Shown piece by piece: positions 55,970 to 64,000 of a stretch of DNA of 64,000 bases (position 1 is its first letter; the number at the start of each line of letters is the position of its first letter). Origin of the DNA: Guillardia theta CCMP2712 (lineage: Eukaryota; Protista; Cryptophyta); the NCBI RefSeq assembly GCF_000315625.1, contig NW_005434665.1:679220-743219 (forward strand). Reading direction: 5' to 3'. The notes below the pieces were generated by a model, which worked only from the letters and a program-made list of their open reading frames with translations, had not been told where the DNA came from and ran no database searches. A program made the position numbers and the translations under genes.

Positions 55970-58900
55970 ATGAGCTCGAGATATGCCGAGCCGAAAAGAA
56001 CACATTGGGAGCCAGACTATGCACGAACGACATGCGCTGCAGCTGAGTGCGAAGAGACACTTCAGATGTTTCGCAGACATCATTGTAGAAGATGCGGGAA
56101 GTTGTTCTGTGCCAAGTGTGTCGGGGGCGGTTTGATACGACGATTAGATGTGAACGCGGACTACTCGCCTCGAGGAGTGTTCTGCTCCGTTTGCTTCGAA
56201 TGCTTCGTCGAGAAGAACGGATGGTTCTCTCCCGTCGGCAGCGATGAATGGAAGAAAGCGTCAGAGGGGTTCGTGAAGGATAGGACGCAGCAGTTCTTGG
56301 CTGACCGGGAGGAATGCGCCGGAGAGAAACTCTACAGGGAGAGGCTCGCCAAGGAGATTCCTTTCTCGTTGGCATGGAAGAAGGAAGTCATACATCTGCT
56401 GGTCGCAGAGAGCCTCGAGAGCGATCCGAAACGCAGGAACGTCACCCCCAAGAGCCGTCAGCACTGGGTGAACGAGCGCAACGTGCAGGTCTGTGGAAAC
56501 AACGAGTGCCGCACTCCATTCACCATGAATGAGAGAAAGCATCACTGCCGGGTGTGCGGGCGTGTGTTCTGTGACGCGTGCTCTCCGAAGAGACTTGATC
56601 CCTGGCGATACTCCGACGATGACAGGGGAGAGGCGCACTTGGTAGAGGAGAAGGAAGACGAGAAGAACTCCCGTTTGGAGCGGGTCTGCCATGTTTGCTA
56701 CAAGGACCTTGAATCCCATAGAGTCTTCCTTCAGTTCCGTGCTTCGATCTCTGCGTCCGGCTCTCACGTGCTGAGCAACCTCTATCAACCCATCTCCGGG
56801 TACGTCGCGGCAATCAAGGAGGCCATGGTCAAGCTCCGCCGCTCTGTGGAATACATCGAGCGCATGTGTGCTCTGCATGGTAGCCTGTACCTCTTGCTCG
56901 TTGCCTGCTCGTCTGACGGCTGTGTCTTTGCTTTCTTCAGATTCCTTCACCGGGGCTGAAGAAGAGGACCCCATTCACCTCGCCACTGCTGATATCCTGG
57001 AGCTCAGAGCCGAGCTGGTCGTCCTCTTTAAGAAGTACGAGGACAGGTTCAAGAACAGGATTCTGGTGTGGGAGGGATGGAAGTACTGTCAGCTCCTTGG
57101 TGAATCCTCTCCTGTCGTGAACAGTGCTGGGCAACCGACAGGCTTGTTCGCGTGGCAAGGCAGGATCTTGTCATATGAGAGCAAGGAAGACGGCCAGTGC
57201 ATCATCAGGAGTGACTTGCAGCATGATAAGGTGAGACCTGGCGAGATTCTCTATGAAGGAGAAGCGGCGGGGAATATAGAGGAGCAGTTGAAGGTGTTCC
57301 GGAATCTCAAGCAGCAGTTCACCAGCTTCTGGAGCAACTACAAGCATGGCTCCTTTCACTCCCTGGTGCAGAGGGCAGAGACCGCATTCCTCCTCGCCTC
57401 CAACATCCCCAAGTTGACTCGCTGCGAGGATGGACGCATTGTGCATCAGGGTCAAATCAGGCAGTCCAACGACTGGGTCTTTGCGGAAGGGAGCGAGATC
57501 AGCGGCAAGATCGAAGGCCACATCCTCGTCCAGGTCCTCCAGGCATCTCACCTTGACACCCTCGGCATCTCCGTCAAGAAGCTGAGCTCTGTCGCTGTTT
57601 TGCGATGCTCGGGCCGGTTGAAGATGTCAAGCAAGCAGAAGCGGACAGCAAGCCCTTGCTGGAACGAGACGTTCTCGTTTCCCATCGCGTCGGTCGAGCA
57701 AGACATCCTTGAGATCGAGATCATCAGTGGCTCGCATGACCTTGGGAAGTGGGCGTATGGCATCCAGGAGATCGTTCACGAGATGGGAGGAAGCATCAAA
57801 GGATGGGTCTTCCTCACCCCTCCCGCTTGGTGCAACGACCACAGCGAGAAGGCGCAGATTCGCATCTCCGTCAAGTTCCTCTCACTCGACGTTGCCACTA
57901 CAAGCTCGCAGGAGAACTCCTGGGGCATCGCAGGGGATGCGAAGAAGGAGATCTCCTTGCCCAAGGTATCGACGCTGGTGGATGAGGAGGAGGACCTGCG
58001 GCAGATGTCAAACCTGCTCCTCCACGACAATGTCATCCAGACGGTAGAGAAGGAGCTTGTCAAGGACGATTGCGTGCAGCTACAGCCCGATCCGTCGGTA
58101 ATATCAGCTGAGGCTCAGCAGGAGGAGGAGGAGGATGAGAAGGAGGGTTTGAGCGTTGCTGGATTGGAACCGTCGCATCATCCTCAAGGAGGAGAAGGTC
58201 AGTGGGTGTATGTGTCCCTTTGCACTCTCTTGACGAGTCAGCAGGGGAAGAAACCCTGGGCAGTCGACCAGAGGAGCTTGTCGATGACGACAAGGACACG
58301 ATTGGGAAGCTCAAGGAGTCGTACGTAAGGACTTACCTTGCTTACAACGAGGTTCGAAGGTGGCAGCCGGACAACCAGATAGCTGAGGTGAAACTTCATT
58401 CCCCCTCCTGCCTGGTACTGACGATCTCAGGTCTTTGCGCGCAAGCTTCAGAGCAAAGTAGAGACTCTCCTCAAGGACACGCTGGAGGTGCTGCCCTCCT
58501 CCTGGCAAGGTGAAAGCTGACGGCTACAGGCGGTCGGAGGGTCCCTGCAGAAGTGCGTGGAGCTCGTGGACATGGACTGGAAGGTGACGGTCCGTGAGCT
58601 CTGCTTGTGAGTTGAAAGAGAGCGACAGGCCGTTCGCTCGGAGGTCGTGATGGCTGTTAAGGATGCCGGAGAGTCGAGCTTCCTCCTGACCAAGTGAGGA
58701 AGAGGCCCGTGCTCTTGTCGCTTCTCATGCTCCGATGTAGGGAAGATTTCGCGAAAGTTTTGCCCATTCCAGCTCCCACGAACGCCAAGAAGTGAGTCTC
58801 TTGCGACTGAGAGCTAGTTGCTAATGGCTTCACAGCATCCAAGAGATGAGCCAGGCACGGAACTTCTGCTCCAAGACTGTGCTAGACCGCGCGATGAGCC

Positions 58901-59070
58901 TGATTGTGGTTGCGCTTAACGGTGAGGGAGGGATAGCAAGGTCTGTGGACTTATTCCCTTGCCCAGTGTTGGAGAAGGAAGGAGGACAGCCGAACTTTCC
59001 TCAGCAGCATCAGATGCTCGAGAGAAGTCGGAACGAGTTGAACAAGCTGAAGCAGACGGTGAAGGAGTAG
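55970..59070 (+). CDS. Tandem FYVE zinc-finger protein (Vac1/rabenosyn-5-like) with an inserted C2 domain
   Basis: [27 protein letters not shown] and [28 protein letters not shown]2: [41 protein letters not shown]. Confidence 0.85.
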
Positions 59071-59161
59071 TTGAGAGCCTAAAGCCTTTTACTTGAAAAT
59101 ACAGAACGTCTCAGTTCCATCCACAGGAGCTTACGCACCCTCTCCCCTCTCCTTCTCATTT

Positions 59162-60073
59162 TCAAACTGGAACGCCCGGAGGCATCTCGTAGACGTATCC
59201 CATGGGGTAAGCTGCTCCCTGCTGGTACATTTCCAGGGGGACCTGACCGTAGGGCATCCCTGCCAGACCCATGCCATCGATCCTCCCTGTGATCCCGTCC
59301 ATCTCACTTCCGATGACCTGAGCTCTTGGCGCGTAGCGGATGGAGTCAGCAAAGTTGCCAATGATTTCTGTCTCCTTCTGCAGGGCATTCGCGTACCAGC
59401 GGCAGTCACCGCTCACTGCAGCGTCGTAGGAAGCAGTGAGGAAAACAGAGGTCTTCTCTATCCTGTCCATGGTCGCCTTGCGGGCAGCTGATTGCAGCTT
59501 GTTGGCGTTGGCCAAGGCCAGAACAGCCTTGGAGGCGGCAGCTCCAGCGTCCTTGGCGGCCTGCTGGGACTGCGTCTTGGCATTCTTGAAGTCGACGGCG
59601 GAGTTGTCACCGGGGGTTTGACCAGCGTTCATCATCAACTGCCTGAGAGAGAGTTGCTCCTCCATGAGCTTCAAATCATCCTGCATCTTGTCGGCTCTCT
59701 TCTCACTGTCCAAGGCGGCGTCCTGGAGATTCTTGGCCTCGTTGAGGGCGTTCTCGGCAGCCAAGTATGCCTTCTTCTCCGCCTCGACCGCGTCTTCCAT
59801 TGCCTTCCTCAGGCTGCCCGCTGGTTCCCCCAGCTGTGAAAACCGGGAGTCACAGGTCTCTGGGATGGGCTTGCCCTGTTCGTCCTTGAGGTTGTTGCCG
59901 CTCTCGTCCTTCTTGTATAGGATCTTGTTCGAAGAGTCGCGCACGACGTCCTCCTCGATCACGGGGTCGATGGAGTAGTCCCTGTAGATCGAGCCGAAGT
60001 CGCCGGAGAAGGCGTTGAGGTTCTCGGAAGTGACCGGGTCGAAGTACTTGAACTTTGCTCTGCTCATGGTCAT
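59162..60073 (-). CDS. Coiled-coil protein, paralog of the 61313-62575 gene (an upstream exon is possible)
   Basis: 303-aa ORF with strong codon bias and shared motifs KFKYFDP, DAAVSGDCRWY, SIRYAP, GYVYEMP. Confidence 0.75.
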   Translation of the reverse strand: MTMSRAKFKYFDPVTSENLNAFSGDFGSIYRDYSIDPVIEEDVVRDSSNKILYKKDESGNNLKDEQGKPIPETCDSRFSQLGEPAGSLRKAMEDAVEAEKKAYLAAENALNEAKNLQDAALDSEKRADKMQDDLKLMEEQLSLRQLMMNAGQTPGDNSAVDFKNAKTQSQQAAKDAGAAASKAVLALANANKLQSAARKATMDRIEKTSVFLTASYDAAVSGDCRWYANALQKETEIIGNFADSIRYAPRAQVIGSEMDGITGRIDGMGLAGMPYGQVPLEMYQQGAAYPMGYVYEMPPGVPV

Positions 60074-61312
60074 CTAGAAAGACAACAAAGTCAGACGGGG
60101 GAAATCAATCTTCCAGCTTCAAAATGCACGGATATTGTGTTTTAAGGAATCGTTTGTCTCATCTCAACTCATCTCGATCAAAGGGACAGGGATCGGTGAC
60201 TAGATAAAGTATCGTGTTTGTCTCACTTGAAACTTTTTAATTTACCCCTAGCAATTGAGTCCAATGATAATCAACCCTTCAACATGTTGAACATGATTAA
60301 AGCACTTAACTATGAAATGGATTCTGACAAGTAGTCATTACTCAGCCAAATGTTGTTCTTCTATGTTTGGTGTACTCATTTGGTATATCTTTTCTCTAGC
60401 ATCAGATGCTCTTTGTACTCCCGTCTACCCAGTCGAGCATCGGCTCCAGCCTACGATCTTCGTGGCTGCACCCATTTCACAGGCAATCGATTCTATTCCT
60501 CTCTCAGCCTTGCCCTCGCCATTCCCCTCCTCAAGCTCGTTCCTCCTCATCACGCCTACTGATCTTGCTCCTCCTTCCTCCTTCTTCGACATCTTCGCTT
60601 CCAATTGCGAGAATGCCGACATGGCCTGCGGATTCTCCTCGCTGGACCGCCCCCTTACCACCGGTCAATGGAGTACCCTCACCCACCCCAAACACCCAAA
60701 GTTTTCCTACACCCCATTACCTCTTCCTCCACCCCTTTCCTTCGATGAAAATAGGGGGTAATTTCAGGTCTTTCTTTGACCTCACCCCCTAATTTTGAGA
60801 ACTTGTGGTGCACTTACACCTGAGACCGGTACTTTGAACACCCCTCACCCCCATCGATCTGGTTACCACAGATGACGGATTTCGAAGGGACCACCCCCTA
60901 CCCCCCTGTTTTCATAACCCCTTAGCCCTGACCCCCACTTGAGTCTACCTTACCATGAGGAATCACTAGAATTGTACTGCTTCTGTCCACCCCACCCCAC
61001 TAAAATGACGTTCGGACCCACCATTGTTATATCACACTAGTCAAGTCATTTCGAATGACCCTACCCCTCATCCCCTCAAGGTACATCCCTACCCGTCCCG
61101 TTGTGGTACCCCACCATGCGATTGGTGCGGCTCCAGTCAAGCCTGGTGGGTCATTCTGCGTAACGGCACTTTAGATAGCCTGGAGATCTGTTATTCTAGT
61201 AGAAATAGTCGAAATTTGGTTATTTCCATTACTGCAAGCATGAGACATATCGACTATCAAGCGAATTATGTCAAATAACCAATTTTCCGGTTGACGCAAA
61301 GAGGAGAGGAAC

Positions 61313-62575
61313 CATGGTGGACGTGGCGGCGTTGGGGATTAACGAGAATGCGGCGATGGAGCTTGGACTCTTCGGTCAGTAAAAGAATGATTGCAGTATC
61401 TGCGAGAAATATGCCATTCGACTCGATTTGTTGTTCTTTATGATCTCTCTGTCTCCTGAATGCTTATGTCACGCACCTGTTCCCTGTTTCCCATTTCCCG
61501 TCAGAAGATCTGGAGCTCAAGGAATTTTTGTTCATGGCATTTGATTGCATCAGACATCCTTGTAGATCTGATTTTGCAACCTGACTATTCACTTTCAACT
61601 GTGTTGTAGTGTTGACTAAGGTCTCTCAAAACTGATGTGATTTGTTCAATGTTCACATTTCATTCATGTGACTACTCGTTTAATGTAACGAATGAGGAAG
61701 CATAGCTCTTGTGTGCATGTCTGATATCTTGTGCGTCTGCTGATCATTTTGGTGTCATTGCAGATGAGGGAGAGCTTGACAAGCACAAAAACAAGTTCAA
61801 GTACTACGATCCCGAGAGTCCCATCAAGCGGATCGCAGCCGTCGGGGTCCAGGAAACCATTCCCAGCGACCTCGACTCCAGACTCAAGAAGGAGGTCATC
61901 GAGTCAAGGAAAGACATGGACGAGCAGATGCAGAAGTACACGGCCTTCCGCAACAACCTGCAAAAAGCTCTGGACGACACCAAGAAAGCCAACCAGGAAG
62001 CTACTGTGGCAGAAAAGAGTGCTGACGAGGCTCAAGATGCTCTGAAGCAGCTTGAGTCACAGGTCGCTTTCTACAAGAAGGTCCTTCCGGACAATGCGAG
62101 CATTGCGACTTTCGAGACCCAGGTCAAGGATGCCAAGACCAAAGCGGAACAGGCAGTTCGTGCCGCCAGTGCTTCGGCCGAGAATGCTTTCAAGCTTGAG
62201 GAGATCTCTAACCTTCAGTCGAAGATGCTTTCCAGTCATGCAGCTCTCTGCGCTAGAAAGCGCGCGCAGTGGATCGTGAACTGCTACAAAGCCGCTATTC
62301 GCGGGGATGCGCAGTATTTGGAAGAGGCCAACAAGGTTCACACCAGCGTTATCGACCAGTATGAGGCCTGCATCCAGAAGGCCCCGACGGAGGTTCCTGC
62401 TCAGCTCCAGTTTCCTGTCAACGTTGGAACCGTTCAGTATCCTGTCTTCAACCAGATTGTCACTCCTCAGTACATCCAGGGTTACGAACTGCCCACCAAC
62501 TTTGTGGCTGGGCAGCCTTACTTCGAGAATATCGTGACCAGCACGGCTTCCACCGAGCCCAAGTACGTTTGTTAA
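61313..62575 (+). CDS. Coiled-coil protein, paralog of the 59162-60073 gene (exon 1 ~61313-61373, exon 2 from ~61764)
   Basis: MVDVAALGINENAAMELGLF|DEGELDKHKNKFKYYDP...KAAIRGDAQY..CIQKAP..QGYELP; the GT-AG intron keeps the frame. Confidence 0.75.
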
Positions 62576-62650
62576 ATTAATGAGCAGCACGTCTTAAACG
62601 CGTTTGATAAAGACTGGGAGTGTGTAAGGGTTGTTGGCGCTGCGTCACCT

Positions 62651-63653
62651 TCAGTCTACTGCTGAGTCCACTTTCTTTCCGATGATGCGAGGCCGACCTT
62701 GCACGCTCGATTCGGCCTGTTGGAAGGGGTGCTCTCGAATCCACTTTACAGCGACCCACTTCTCCCCGCTCAGGGGCGGCAGACCTGAGTGCTTTGAGTT
62801 CGAATCCGGCGTCAAGTCCTTCTTGATGTTCCACAACCTGTCATGCAAGTTCAGTCGCCAGCACGCAGATCGGGCTATCCGTGTACAAGATGGCGTCCCC
62901 GGAAGCAACCGTGATCTTGGTGTTCACCGAGTTGAAGAAGGTTTCACCTCCCGAGTCTGCGCTCTTCAAGTAGATGATCACTGTCGCTATCCTGTTTCCC
63001 CCTGCAAGCAACCACAGGTTCAGAGGACTTCAACAGTCACAACACTCGCTCTTGCCTTTCCCCAACAAATCGCTCTTTGCCGGATCGATGTAATCCACGT
63101 GCTCTGAGCATTCTAATCACATTCATACTCGAGCGCTCAATTGCAAACAACCTGGATAGAAGTCGCTCTGGGCGTATCGGATGATTTGGAACGCCTCCCC
63201 GTGGGACGAGCTGGTTCGGGTAAGATTTGCGAGCTTGTCTTCAAGGCGACGGACAAAATCATTCTCATTGAAGTCTAGCGTTGCAACCTCGTGCTTCCGA
63301 GGATCATCGCCAAGGACAGGAGACTGAGCATTTCTCTTCATACCCCTCGCTATCCCAAGGTCCCTGAGGTTTTCACACTCCTCCTTACTTAACAAGTTGT
63401 GCAGGACAAATATCCGAGGGCTCTCCATGATTTTCTCTATCCAGAACTCGCGCACTACCTTTCTTGAGGAAACCTTCGACTTCTGTATGGGCTGCGAGCT
63501 GTACTCAGAGTCATCAGGCTCCTGGTCTTCATAGTACGTCATTAAGCTCGACGTCGTGAAGGCAGCGAGACCACACGTGAACAGCATGCACAGAGCACGG
63601 AACTGTGCCTTGGACATGGATCGTCTCCATCCTTCTTTCTTCTTTCCTGTCAT
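62651..63653 (-). CDS. P4H: Prolyl 4-hydroxylase alpha-like 2OG-Fe(II) dioxygenase
   Basis: SPRIFVLHNLLSKEECE, GEAFQIIRY, HVD, RIATVIIYL..GGETFF, SKHSGLPPLSGEKWVAVKWIR; N-terminal signal anchor. Confidence 0.9.
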
Positions 63654-64000
63654 CGGGAGCTCAAGGAGTCGATCACGGACGAGGCATCGTTCGCTCCTGC
63701 GCCCCTTCCCCGCCCATCAACCTGAACAGACTACTGCTGAACAGAACTGGCAAAGAGAACGAGGGCTGTGTGGGGATGAGGGAGTCCGCTCATCTGGCTG
63801 ACCAGCTATCATTTCACTCAATAATTTGACCATCGGTGGTCAAATGTTCCCCGTCTAAAGACACTAGCAAGCATGGCAAGGGCGCTCCTGGTGGTAAGCA
63901 GAAGAGGATGGGGAGCGGGATTGAGCCAGGGCGATGGAGGGCGAGAAGGAGGCGTGTAGAGAACAGGAGTGAGAAGAGAGAGAGAGGAGGAAGAGGAGAA

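Overview
Gene-dense eukaryotic nuclear DNA with many short GT-AG introns. An RWP-RK gene with an FPRRKAG block and a bipartite-leader protein suggest a cryptophyte alga such as Guillardia theta (inferred, not verified). About 19 protein genes and one tRNA-Phe(GAA) are present. In order: a USP9X/24/34-type deubiquitinase (runs off the left edge), 40S protein eS12 with an unexpected targeting leader, a GT23/FUT8-like fucosyltransferase, a MED17-like gene, an EF-hand-like protein, a ~14 kb VPS13 gene with PH, 2xGRAM and FHA insertions, a single-pass surface protein, a UBL-PDZ protein, an RWP-RK factor, a small membrane protein, an intronless 2004-aa multipass protein, a lipin with a probable PDZ tail, a VPV-repeat (articulin/alveolin-like) FN3 protein, a 2xFYVE-C2 protein, a head-to-head pair of coiled-coil paralogs and a prolyl 4-hydroxylase. 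A non-coding repeat island lies at ~30.7-33.66 kb. Most notable: (i) eS12 carries signal peptide + transit-like peptide + ubiquitin-tail mimic RLILRGG, suggesting import into the periplastid (nucleomorph) compartment with DUB-type maturation; (ii) a VPS13 intron whose interior is a copy of its own spliced exon-exon junction; (iii) repeat copies that diverge mainly by short insertions; (iv) a recurring ACCCCTACC/GGGGTA promoter-proximal motif. Exon boundaries were read by eye and outer gene coordinates are approximate.
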